A stretch of DNA of 64,000 nt from Alphaproteobacteria bacterium (lineage in GTDB: Bacteria > Pseudomonadota > Alphaproteobacteria > Rs-D84), in contig JAFRSV010000011.1 of NCBI GenBank assembly GCA_017427405.1, positions 8,703 through 72,702 on the forward strand, in the 5' to 3' direction. Every line of letters starts with the position of its first letter. Positions within the stretch are counted from its first letter, which is position 1. Both the position numbers and the translations under genes were made by a program. Of this stretch, positions 9,590 to 18,160 are shown one piece after another. The notes under the pieces are model-generated. The model was not told where the DNA came from. It ran no database searches and saw nothing but the letters and a program-made list of their open reading frames with translations.

Positions 9590-10201
9590 TCATCTGAAAT
9601 ATTCTTCAGGTTGACGCCAATAAACACGTTTTAATTTATTGGTATCAACTTTTTCTGGGTTTTCTTTATCACTACGCCGCCGTTTTAAAAGTGTCTCAAT
9701 AGTGTCACTTGCGGCATCAAACCTTTGTTTGCTTGCGCGTGCCGTTAAGCGTGCTTTTTGCTTGGCATCCACGGCCACCTTTTCTGTAAATTCTAAAATA
9801 TCATTAATGCTGTCTTGCAATTCGTTTTTTTGTTCTTCTTGGTTCAAAATAAGCCGTTCATGTTGCTTCAAAAGCTTTATAAGTTCGGTCTTATTCATTT
9901 CAGATTGTCTGTTATACAATGCAGCCACTTGATCAAGCAACTTCATCAATTTATCAATTGAAACCGTTGGGGTATAGCCGCGCACGAAACCAATTAGACG
10001 TTCCGTTTCCTGGCAAATACCGCAATGTAACACACTGGACAATTCGTGCGAATCTGGTGCCTCTAATATCCTTGCTAAATCATCCAAAATTTTTATTGTG
10101 GTCAAATTATCCCCAAAACAACCGCGTACAATTGGTAAATAGCCTTGCAATTCTTGAATTGCTTCAAATGCGGGATTGATCATTACATTTTTATCTTGCA
10201 T
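9590..10201 (-). CDS. Hypothetical coiled-coil protein
   Basis: 203-aa ORF, AT-rich. The C-terminal half is rich in K/E/Q heptad-like sequence. No family recognised. Confidence 0.45.
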   Translation of the reverse strand: MQDKNVMINPAFEAIQELQGYLPIVRGCFGDNLTTIKILDDLARILEAPDSHELSSVLHCGICQETERLIGFVRGYTPTVSIDKLMKLLDQVAALYNRQSEMNKTELIKLLKQHERLILNQEEQKNELQDSINDILEFTEKVAVDAKQKARLTARASKQRFDAASDTIETLLKRRRSDKENPEKVDTNKLKRVYWRQPEEYFR

Positions 10202-10290
10202 ATTTTGCTCCTTCCTTTATCACGCCTGGGATTATACCACAAAAAACACTATATTACAAACAAAAACCGTCGCGACTGCGACGGTTTTTC

Positions 10291-10812
10291 TTATTTCTTT
10301 AACCGAACAATTTTCTTTAATTTCTTTAACCCTTTGGCCATGTCGCTTTCTTCGGCGGGTTTGACTTCCCCGGCCTCTAATTCAGAACAACAATGCGGGC
10401 ATTTTGTTGCGGTAATATCAACCGTTTGTTTGCAATATGGACATGCGCGCGTTGTGACGGCCTTTTTAGTTTTCATTTTATTGACGGTTCGCACAATAAG
10501 GAACGCCGCAAACATCGTGATTACGAAACTTACCAAAGTATTTAAAAACAACCCGATGTTCATTGTCTTGGCGCCTGCGGCTTGGGCTTCGGCCAAGGTA
10601 TTAAAGTGCTGGCCCGCGCCACCCGAAAGCACAATAAAGAACTGTGAAAAATCGATACCGCCAATCAAAAGTCCAATCGGTGGCATGATAACATCGGTGA
10701 CAAGAGAGTTAACAACACTGGTCAGTACAGAGCCAACGATGATACCGATGGCCATGTCGATTGCGTTACCGCGTTCCGCAAAATCACGGAATTCTTTCAA
10801 AAATTTACTCAT
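10291..10812 (-). CDS. mscL: Large-conductance mechanosensitive channel MscL with C-terminal CxxC...CxxC extension
   Basis: MSKFLKEFRDFAERGNAIDMAIGIIVG... matches the MscL N-terminus and TM1. The start is at 10812, overlapping the aroK stop by 8 nt. The extra tail is ACPYCKQ...KCPHCCSEL. Confidence 0.85.
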   Translation of the reverse strand: MSKFLKEFRDFAERGNAIDMAIGIIVGSVLTSVVNSLVTDVIMPPIGLLIGGIDFSQFFIVLSGGAGQHFNTLAEAQAAGAKTMNIGLFLNTLVSFVITMFAAFLIVRTVNKMKTKKAVTTRACPYCKQTVDITATKCPHCCSELEAGEVKPAEESDMAKGLKKLKKIVRLKK

Positions 10813-11365
10813 GTTTTTTTCCTTTTTGGTTGATATGTTCATGCAAAGCATCAATTACCGTGCCAAGCGTCTTGTGCAAATTTTCATCAAACGTTTCCAC
10901 AGTTATATCCGCCATTGCATATGTGTTATACCGCTCTGCAATCAATTGAGCAAGGATTTTTTTACTATCAGTATGCAAAAGTTGCGGGCGCGTATTGCGA
11001 AACCGTGTCCGTTTGACCAATAAATCCAGGTCGGCCTTTAACCAAATGCTTATTGCATCGCGTAAAACCTTGTCGCGAATTTCGGGCGTTATAAATGCGC
11101 CTTCGCCGGTGGACAGAACCTTTACCCGTGGTTCGGAATCAAGCAACCGTCGCACCACACGTTCTTCGACACGGCGAAATTCCTGTTCGCCATACATTGC
11201 GAATATATCAACGACACTGCACCCGGCGGCGCGTTCAATTTCTTTGTCCGAATCGACAAATGGCACACCCAAATGATGCGCCAATGCGCGCCCCACACTT
11301 GTTTTGCCAGCCCCCATCAGGCCGACCATTACTATCGGTTTATCAATTTTCAATTCGTTTTTCAT
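10805..11365 (-). CDS. aroK: Shikimate kinase
   Basis: Walker A GLMGAGKTSVGR followed by FVDSD. Size (186 aa) is typical. Confidence 0.85.
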   Translation of the reverse strand: MKNELKIDKPIVMVGLMGAGKTSVGRALAHHLGVPFVDSDKEIERAAGCSVVDIFAMYGEQEFRRVEERVVRRLLDSEPRVKVLSTGEGAFITPEIRDKVLRDAISIWLKADLDLLVKRTRFRNTRPQLLHTDSKKILAQLIAERYNTYAMADITVETFDENLHKTLGTVIDALHEHINQKGKKHE

Positions 11366-11465
11366 AAAACTTATGATAAATAATTTTTTTGCATGTCACA
11401 ATAAAAACTTTTTTATGGCGATTTTTCGTGATATAATATAGGCAAGCAAAAACGGGAGAGAGATT

Positions 11466-12512
11466 ATGAAAGCACAATATGCATTGATTGGAATTTTGAT
11501 AACATCTGTGGCGCAATCGGCGGATTTTGGGTTGTATGCGAATTCTGTGTCGGCGCACAATATCGCCGCGGCCCAGCATGAAATTGCAAACCGCGTCTTT
11601 ACCCCAATGGGTAAAAAATTATTGCGACCGCGGGCGCGGGTCGTGCAAAAACCGATTACGGAAAATCAAGACCCCGATTCATACGGCGAAATGCTTTATT
11701 ATGGTGAATTTGGTGATGATACGGGCGTTTTACCACTTATCAAGGGTCGCAATGGCGGTGAAGGAACGAATGAATATTTTCGCATTGGGTGGCAACATTT
11801 TTCCGACAATGTAAAATTCAAATCGAATCCGCACCTGAAAAGCACATCTGATTTGGCGTTTGTCGCATATGGCAATGAATTTGATGCCACAAGGATAGAA
11901 TTCTTTGGCGGATATTCCGGTGCGCACACGAAAAATGATGTGATGGACATTGATACCGATGGCGCATTTATTGGTGCATCGTTTGGCAAAAAGTTCGGTG
12001 ATTTGGAACTTTCGGCAATGGCGGATTTGGGTTTGGCCGTAAATGATATGAATTTAACGATTTATGGTGACGACTTTAATAATTTCTATGCCGGTATTAT
12101 GGCAAACGTCGCATATACATACGGTTTTGAATATGAAGTATTCATGCGACCCGTATTACGTGCGGGTTATACATGGATAAATTCTGCAAATTATATTTCA
12201 AAAGATGGTAAAAACATAAGCAACAAAGATTTCGGATTCTTTGAATTGACACCAATGCTTGATATTTATCACTATATTGGTGATGGACTTTCAATTGGTG
12301 GCCACGTCGGATATGTTATGAATTTTAGAACTGGCGGTGGCACCCAGGTTAATTATGTCGGTGTTCCGAAATTAGACATAAACAATTACTTTGAATATGG
12401 CATAGTTTTATCGCAAAACTTTGACGGGTTTACTTTGAATATAAACCTTGGTCGTCATGATGGCGCACGAAACGGTTGGAACGGCGGCGCCGAATTCAAG
12501 TATGTGTTTTAG
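11466..12512 (+). CDS. Outer-membrane beta-barrel protein (autotransporter beta-domain-like)
   Basis: Signal peptide, alternating-hydrophobicity strands, and a C-terminal ...GGAEFKYVF ending in Phe, as in OMP sorting signals. Confidence 0.5.
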   Translation: MKAQYALIGILITSVAQSADFGLYANSVSAHNIAAAQHEIANRVFTPMGKKLLRPRARVVQKPITENQDPDSYGEMLYYGEFGDDTGVLPLIKGRNGGEGTNEYFRIGWQHFSDNVKFKSNPHLKSTSDLAFVAYGNEFDATRIEFFGGYSGAHTKNDVMDIDTDGAFIGASFGKKFGDLELSAMADLGLAVNDMNLTIYGDDFNNFYAGIMANVAYTYGFEYEVFMRPVLRAGYTWINSANYISKDGKNISNKDFGFFELTPMLDIYHYIGDGLSIGGHVGYVMNFRTGGGTQVNYVGVPKLDINNYFEYGIVLSQNFDGFTLNINLGRHDGARNGWNGGAEFKYVF

Positions 12513-12515
12513 AGA

Positions 12516-12660
12516 GTGTTAGTGTAAGTGTTAGTGGTTAGTGATACCTGGAACAAACCCTAAATTATGAACAAATTCCAGAGCATAAAGTTCCCCTCTA
12601 GAGAGGGGTGGCCGAAGGCCGGGGTGTGGTTCACTAACCACTATCCACTTACACTAACAC
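12516..12660. repeat. Palindromic mosaic intergenic element, copy A (MITE/REP-like)
   Basis: 29-nt terminal inverted repeats (GTGTTAGTGTAAGTGTTAGTGGTTAGTGA / TCACTAACCACTATCCACTTACACTAACAC). The core TTCCAGAGCATAAAGTTCCCCTCTAGAGAGGGGTGGC is shared with copy B. Confidence 0.85.
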
Positions 12661-13904
12661 TATTTATAAATGCAATTTGCAAATTGTTGCGCGACCATTG
12701 AACGTTCCGCACTGGTTGTGTCGGCAACCGGCACCATAAAGCATCGCGTGCTATCGCGCAGGATAAAAACCTTGGTTCCGTATTTATACGCGTTTTGCAT
12801 ATTATCCATTTGCGCCGATGTTAAAAACGCATTTTGTGTAAGGGGCGAATTTGAAAGCCCCGCCTGAATAACCTGATTTGCGGTCGCGTAATCATAAACT
12901 TCGGTATTAGATTTTACTTCGAAAAAAATTCCGTATTTGCCGGCATTTTTATCTATGGCATTAGTTTTTTTTTGCGCATCGGGAAACGCAACGCCCGCCG
13001 CAACCGCCGCCGCGGTTTGCAGTGCCGCATTTGAATTTCCGGTTTCATGCGCCGTCAAATTCAGTTGCATATTTTCACCGCACGCCAAATTCATACGATT
13101 TGTATAGGACGCCAAAACCGCATCAACCGCGTTTTCCCAATCGGACGCCTTTTTATTCAAATCAAGCGTCACAATTTTTTCCGCCCATCCCCAAATGTTT
13201 GCACCGATATTTCCGGCGTTTGCGAATCGTGACACCATTTCGGCCGATCCCCCCGGCACGCCCGCACCGCAAAAGTCACTAAGTTGCGACATAAGCATAC
13301 TTGATGTTTCGTTTCCATACGCCAATGCGACCGCATGGCAAGACATTGCGGCCTCTAATTCCTGGCGCCGCTCTAAACACTGTGGCGAATGCGCCTTGGT
13401 CAATTCGTTCGCCATGTTTGACATGGACAGCCACGCCATCAATTCTTGTTGCACATATGACGGGCAAAGGTGCGCCGCGGTATTTACACCACCAACACCC
13501 ATTTTCGTATTCGTCGCATAGTTCGGCAATAACACCGACACATCATTACGCAGGCAAAGCAAAACATAGTTATACAATTCGCTTTCCGTTGCGTATGCAC
13601 AGCGGCCCGATACCTGGCCCGGGACAACGGTAATATCGCCACAATAATCGGACAGGCATTTATCAATCTTTACACGACACGCACTGTCCACATCCGGCAC
13701 ATTTACCATATAGTAAGTATTGCGCTGATTGGTTTTATACGCATTTGCCAAACCCTGGTTCCCGCGCAGGTTTGTATTGCCAACCGTGCCCATATTCACG
13801 CCACGCGCCATATTTGTCGCGGTTGTTCCCGCCGACACACCATACGCGCCCGCACCAATCATGCATGCACAGACCAAACTTGTCATACGAAAGAAATGCT
13901 TCAT
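12660..13904 (-). CDS. Secreted hypothetical protein (Cys-containing)
   Basis: 414-aa ORF with a signal peptide (MKHFFRMTSLVCACMIGAGAYG). No family recognised. Confidence 0.5.
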   Translation of the reverse strand: MKHFFRMTSLVCACMIGAGAYGVSAGTTATNMARGVNMGTVGNTNLRGNQGLANAYKTNQRNTYYMVNVPDVDSACRVKIDKCLSDYCGDITVVPGQVSGRCAYATESELYNYVLLCLRNDVSVLLPNYATNTKMGVGGVNTAAHLCPSYVQQELMAWLSMSNMANELTKAHSPQCLERRQELEAAMSCHAVALAYGNETSSMLMSQLSDFCGAGVPGGSAEMVSRFANAGNIGANIWGWAEKIVTLDLNKKASDWENAVDAVLASYTNRMNLACGENMQLNLTAHETGNSNAALQTAAAVAAGVAFPDAQKKTNAIDKNAGKYGIFFEVKSNTEVYDYATANQVIQAGLSNSPLTQNAFLTSAQMDNMQNAYKYGTKVFILRDSTRCFMVPVADTTSAERSMVAQQFANCIYK

Positions 13905-14005
13905 GAAACTCTCTCCTATTTACGAAATATTTTATCATAAAATCGCCCCCCCCGCAAGATTTGTTTTATGGTTGATTTTGGAAATTTTGTTGCTATGATA
14001 AAAGC

Positions 14006-15077
14006 ATGTTTTTGGTAAATGAAACTTTTAGTGAAATTTCCGATAACCTGAATAACATTCGGGGGTTTCTTTGACCCGGATAAACTCAGGACGCAAATCG
14101 CCGATTTAACCAAACAATCACTGTCGCCGGATTTATGGAACGACCCGGATGTGGCGCGCGCGATTATGCAGAAAAAATCCGCGGCCGAACGCGACCTGCG
14201 AATGATTGCGGATATGGAAGCGGAATTTGAAAACCTGCGCGAATTGTACGCGATTGCGCCCGACGATGCGGATGTAATCGCGGCAATTGAAAAATTGGCG
14301 GATGACGCCCGCCGCGCGGCGTATGTGACACTGTTTAACGAACCCGCGGACGGCAACAACGCATTTTTGTTTATTCAGGCCGGCGCCGGCGGGACCGAAG
14401 CCCAAGATTGGGCGCAAATGTTGGCGCGTATGTATTCGCGTTGGGCCGAACGGCATGGATTTGCGGTGGAAATAATCGAAGAACACGAAGGTGACACCGC
14501 CGGAATCAAAAGTATGACCATGCGAATTGTTGGCGAACGTGCGTATGGGTGGCTGCGTAATGAAATCGGCGTGCATCGGTTGGTGCGCATATCGCCGTTT
14601 AACGCAAACGGCAAACGACAAACAAGTTTCGCATCTGTTGACGTATGGCCGGATATCGACGACACAATCAATATCGAAATAAATGAAAAAGACCTGCGCA
14701 TTGACACATATCGTTCGTCGGGGGCGGGCGGGCAACACGTGAATAAAACCGACAGTGCCGTCCGCATTACGCATATTCCAACCGGAATAGTTGTGACGTG
14801 TCAGAACGAACGCAGTCAATTTCAGAATAAAGATATGGCAATGAAAATCTTGCGTTCACGTTTGTATGAATTGGAAATGGAAAAACGCGCCGCCGAAGAA
14901 GACGCCGCCAAGGCCGCACAGAAAAAAATAGAGTGGGGCAGTCAGATTCGAAACTATGTCTTGTATCCGTATCGTTTGGTCAAAGATGTCAGAACCGGTA
15001 CCGAAAACACCGATTCCGATGCGGTGTTGGACGGGAATTTGGACGAATTTATGTTGGCATTATTGCGCCGGGGGTAA
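14006..15077 (+). CDS. prfB: Peptide chain release factor 2, requires programmed +1 frameshift at 14069-14075
   Basis: ORF0 is MFLVNETFSEISDNLNNIRGFL, followed by an in-frame TGA. The site is GGGGG-TTT-CTT-TGA-C (SD-like element plus CUU UGA C). The +1 frame continues DPDKLRTQIADL... into the 14151 ORF, which carries the GGQ motif (SGAGGQHVN). Confidence 0.9.
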
Positions 15078-15130
15078 AATATCAGTATTGATTTTTTTGT
15101 GTTTTTGTGGTATAATTTCGAAAGAAACAG

Positions 15131-15176
15131 GACGGTTTAGCCGTCTTTTTCTTTGCCCGCTACGGCGGGTTTTTTA
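15131..15176 (+). terminator. Tandem rho-independent terminators after prfB
   Basis: GACGG-TTTAG-CCGTC plus T5, then CCCGC-TACG-GCGGG plus T6. Confidence 0.6.
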
Positions 15177-15196
15177 TATGCAAAAGGAGAAATATA

Positions 15197-15456
15197 ATGA
15201 ATACACCAAACTTTTTACGTAATTTGTTACAATCCAATAATTATTTAAACAAGAATAGTAACGAATATAAAAAAGCAAATGAATATCTGCAAAGTTTATT
15301 TCCGGGGCAAATACACTTGGACGTGGTGGTTTTTCTATTCATGGTGGCACAGAACCGGGCTCTGCGGGATGTATCGATTTAACATTCTCAATGGACAATT
15401 TTGCAAAATGGTTTGAAAATAATGGACAAGATCTGCTTATTAATGTAGAATACTAA
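15197..15456 (+). pseudogene. DUF2778/Tlde1-like (L,D-transpeptidase-fold) toxin gene, frame-disrupted or truncated
   Basis: The frame starting at ATG 15197 (MNTPNFLRNLL...) runs out. The -1 frame (15283-15453) reads ...GRGGFSIHGGTEPGSAGCIDL...LLINVEY*, which resembles the His/Cys catalytic motif of YkuD/DUF2778 domains. Its TAA overlaps the next ATG. Confidence 0.4.
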
Positions 15457-15800
15457 TGATGAAAAGAGTGATTCTGCCTCTTATGTATATAGTAGCTGTG
15501 TTTTTATCGGGCACCTTTTTTGTGCTGTTGGATGATCTGGCATATTTTGGTCGAATTGCAAAATACAGTGGTTTTTGGTGGCATATGTGTTCACATTTAC
15601 AAGACAACCAACAATTTGTTTGTATGGCGACCTATAACGTGTTTGGAATACTCATCGTTTTGGGTGCATTAATATGGATTAATTATATTCTTGCCGGGGT
15701 CTATGGAAGGAAAATATTTTTTATCCCCATATTTGGTGGTATCGTATTTTTGTTTTGTAAGTTAATGTTATGTTCCATCTTTAAAATAACATGCTTGTAA
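15456..15800 (+). CDS. Small multi-TM protein, candidate immunity protein 1
   Basis: 114 aa with 3-4 hydrophobic helices. The start overlaps the toxin stop (TAATG). Confidence 0.45.
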   Translation: MMKRVILPLMYIVAVFLSGTFFVLLDDLAYFGRIAKYSGFWWHMCSHLQDNQQFVCMATYNVFGILIVLGALIWINYILAGVYGRKIFFIPIFGGIVFLFCKLMLCSIFKITCL

Positions 15801-15848
15801 CATGATGACAACGTATTGATTTTTATAACTAGGTAGGTTGTTACATCT

Positions 15849-15899
15849 TGGTTGAAAAATACTGGAAAAGATTTGCTAGTGTATGTAGAATACAAATAA
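15849..15899 (+). pseudogene. Orphan 3'-end remnant of the toxin gene
   Basis: Translates to WLKNTGKDLLVYVEYK*; compare WFENNGQDLLINVEY* at 15406-15456. Confidence 0.5.
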
Positions 15900-15916
15900 G
15901 ACAAAAGGAACCAATT

Positions 15917-16267
15917 ATGAAAAAATGGAAACGTATCGCAATAATTTTCATTGGAATCGACATTTTTTTGATATTTATACTAATTAGTGAATATTACGAA
16001 TTTTTTATCAAAGATTGCCAAGATGCGTTTCCTTTTCATTATTGCCCGTGGGGTAGCGAATCTATGGGTATGGCGTGGAGAAGCGCCGATGCGTATTTGA
16101 CAGGCATTGTTTCGTCTTGTTCGATCTTATTGTTTTTTGTTCCGGTATCGTTATATTATTATTTTAAACAAAAAAACTATAAAGTTTCTTTACTTTTAGC
16201 AATAAGCCCAATTTTAATATCATGGTTAAAGGTGGGGCTAGAATATATTTTCTATTATTATGCGTAG
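15917..16267 (+). CDS. Small multi-TM protein, candidate immunity protein 2
   Basis: 116 aa (MKKWKRIAIIFIG...). RBS AAAGGA. Lies directly after toxin remnant 2. Confidence 0.45.
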   Translation: MKKWKRIAIIFIGIDIFLIFILISEYYEFFIKDCQDAFPFHYCPWGSESMGMAWRSADAYLTGIVSSCSILLFFVPVSLYYYFKQKNYKVSLLLAISPILISWLKVGLEYIFYYYA

Positions 16268-16272
16268 TTAAC

Positions 16273-16323
16273 AGGAGAAATATAAATAATGGACAAGATT
16301 TGCTTATTAATGTAGAATACTAA
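16273..16323 (+). pseudogene. Internally deleted toxin gene: RBS/start region fused to the last 12 codons
   Basis: AGGAGAAATATAA (identical to 15185-15197) is joined to AATAATGGACAAGATTTGCTTATTAATGTAGAATACTAA, which differs from 15418-15456 by one nt. Confidence 0.6.
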
Positions 16324-16324
16324 C

Positions 16325-16654
16325 ATGCAAGAAACAAATAAATTTCCTTTATGGCTATGTGGGGCAATATGCCTATCAATTGCTTTCATATTTTGTAATG
16401 ATATGAACCAAATTTTGTGTAATGGGAAATGGGAAGGTCTGTTGTATGGTTTTTTACCATACAACAGACTTGTTAACATAGATATAATCCTGGTAATAGT
16501 ATCGTTATTTGTTTCGGGGGTATGTTTGTATAAAATTCTACATACAAATGCCCGTAAATTACAAACTATATTGATTTACATCATTTTTGGGGGGCTTGGA
16601 TTCGTAATTATCATGGCTCTCTTCATGTTAAGTATATATTTAATGATGCCATAG
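16325..16654 (+). CDS. Small multi-TM protein, candidate immunity protein 3
   Basis: 109 aa with 3 hydrophobic helices. The start is 1 nt after the stop of remnant 3. Confidence 0.45.
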   Translation: MQETNKFPLWLCGAICLSIAFIFCNDMNQILCNGKWEGLLYGFLPYNRLVNIDIILVIVSLFVSGVCLYKILHTNARKLQTILIYIIFGGLGFVIIMALFMLSIYLMMP

Positions 16655-16763
16655 TGAAATCAACATAATGAAATAATGAACCCAAATGATCTTTTTGCAA
16701 ATATCTTTCAATTCATACTTGCTTTTCGGCGTAAAACCAATATAATTGCGCATGATGGTATAA

Positions 16764-16840
16764 GCACCCATAGCACAACTGGATAATGCGTCGGCCTCCG
16801 AAGCCGGAGATTGCGCGTTCGAATCGCGCTGGGTGCGCCA
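16764..16840 (+). tRNA. tRNA-Arg (anticodon CCG)
   Basis: Hand fold collinear with E. coli tRNA-Arg(CCG): acceptor GCACCCA/TGGGTGC, anticodon loop CTCCGAA, T-arm GCGCG-TTCGAAT-CGCGC, G73, CCA. Confidence 0.9.
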
Positions 16841-17072
16841 TAAATACAAAGTGACGCAGAATGCGACATTTTGTATTTATCATGGGCACTCCGCGATTTG
16901 GACGCGCAGCGTTCGACACGATAGTTGGCAAGAACAAGCGTAAAAACGCGCGGTTCGGGCCTTACGAGTGGTGAGCAAAGCGAACTATCCGCTGGGTGCG
17001 CCATAAATACAAAGTGAGGCAGAATGCGACATTTTGTATTTATCATGGGCACTCCGCGATTTGGACGCGCAG
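16828..17072. repeat. 82-nt direct repeat (16828-16909 and 16991-17072) starting inside the tRNA-Arg 3' end
   Basis: The two copies differ at one position. The first copy includes the last 13 nt of tRNA-Arg. Each copy contains the hairpin ATAAATACAAA...TTTGTATTTAT. Confidence 0.85.
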
Positions 17073-17110
17073 GTTTCTGGGGGGAAAAATAACCAATCGG
17101 TCGATATAAA

Positions 17111-17551
17111 ATGTTAAAGTTTTTATCTTTATTTTCCGTTTTGTTTCTTGTCGCCTGTAACAGCGTTTATCTTAAACCGAACACGATGGTGCCGGGGACA
17201 ACGGTTTATGCATCGCGTGGCGGAAACACCATGACCCGCGGGATAAAGGAAAAATTAGAAGAACACGGATTTACCGTAAATGTGGGCAGTTTAAAGGACG
17301 AATCTTCGATTGATGTTGATAAATTTACGGTTCCCAAAAACACACGCTATATCGTCCGCGTTAGCGAGCAGGCGGAAACATTTATGCCGTATTGGTGCAT
17401 ATTTAACGGATTTTGGTGGTGGCGATTTAATGTTTCAATTGCCGACCAGAAAACCGGTGAAGAAATTTTGTCTTGGCGCGGACGCGGTTGCCAAAACAGT
17501 TCTTTGCGCAAACTGGACCGATTCTTGGACGAATTAGAAATCAAAGAATAA
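17111..17551 (+). CDS. Hypothetical lipoprotein
   Basis: Lipobox LFLVAC at residues 12-17. 146 aa. No family recognised. Confidence 0.55.
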   Translation: MLKFLSLFSVLFLVACNSVYLKPNTMVPGTTVYASRGGNTMTRGIKEKLEEHGFTVNVGSLKDESSIDVDKFTVPKNTRYIVRVSEQAETFMPYWCIFNGFWWWRFNVSIADQKTGEEILSWRGRGCQNSSLRKLDRFLDELEIKE

Positions 17552-17606
17552 TTTGACAATAGCATTTTTTTGAATAAAATGTCCCCAGAAACCAAAGGAT
17601 GCTTAT

Positions 17607-18116
17607 ATGGTTAAATCAATGGATAGGCATGCGCGCCAGGATGCGTGCGCCAAAAAGGTTATTGCGCGCGAACGCGCCCGCCAAGAAAAACGTAAAAATG
17701 GTTTGCCGCCATTTTTGGCGGTGTCTGGTTGGTTGCTTAAAATATTATCAAAGTCACAATATAATTATTTTCAAAATGACATTGATACAATTAAGTGCAG
17801 TTTCGCACTATATTGTGGTGAAAACAGCAATGCTATAAATCTGACGGGTATAATACATTCGCATCGCGTTGCCAAAATAATGATAGGGCATATAGTAAAA
17901 TATAACCCCGGTGTATTTGATAAAATGATTGAAAAACCAGACACGGTTACGGATCCGGAAACACAATCAAATATAATTGCGGGGCATTTAAAAGAACACC
18001 CTGGTGATGCCTATAAAGTCATCGAGAAATTTAAACGTGGTGAGATTGATCCGAAGGTTTATAATAAAGCGCTAAGATATACCGCTCGGTTAAATATTGC
18101 GGAAAAACGCAGATAA
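17607..18116 (+). CDS. Hypothetical protein
   Basis: 169-aa ORF followed by a terminator hairpin at 18119-18146. No motif recognised. Confidence 0.4.
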   Translation: MVKSMDRHARQDACAKKVIARERARQEKRKNGLPPFLAVSGWLLKILSKSQYNYFQNDIDTIKCSFALYCGENSNAINLTGIIHSHRVAKIMIGHIVKYNPGVFDKMIEKPDTVTDPETQSNIIAGHLKEHPGDAYKVIEKFKRGEIDPKVYNKALRYTARLNIAEKRR

Positions 18117-18160
18117 AAACGGTGCGAATTTGCACCGTTTTCTTTTATGCGTTTTGATTT

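Noticed and set aside
10145-11367. Plus-strand ORFs (292, 93 and 90 aa) across mscL/aroK, and similar antisense ORFs across obg (19779-20576), prfB (14133-14819), rne (53095-54489) and accDA (60229-61788)
   Set aside because: They are antisense to genes with strong family motifs. Their peptides are compositionally odd (Arg/Cys/Pro-rich).
15283-15310. Programmed -1 ribosomal frameshift joining the two frames of the toxin-like gene
   Set aside because: No X XXY YYZ slippery heptamer lies in the permissible window (after the TGA at 15280-15282) and no downstream pseudoknot is evident. A mutational frame break or an indel error in the GGGG/T runs is more parsimonious.
16640-17052. Minus-strand ORFs of 69-114 aa
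   Set aside because: They run through tRNA-Arg and the 82-nt direct repeats. No coding signal.
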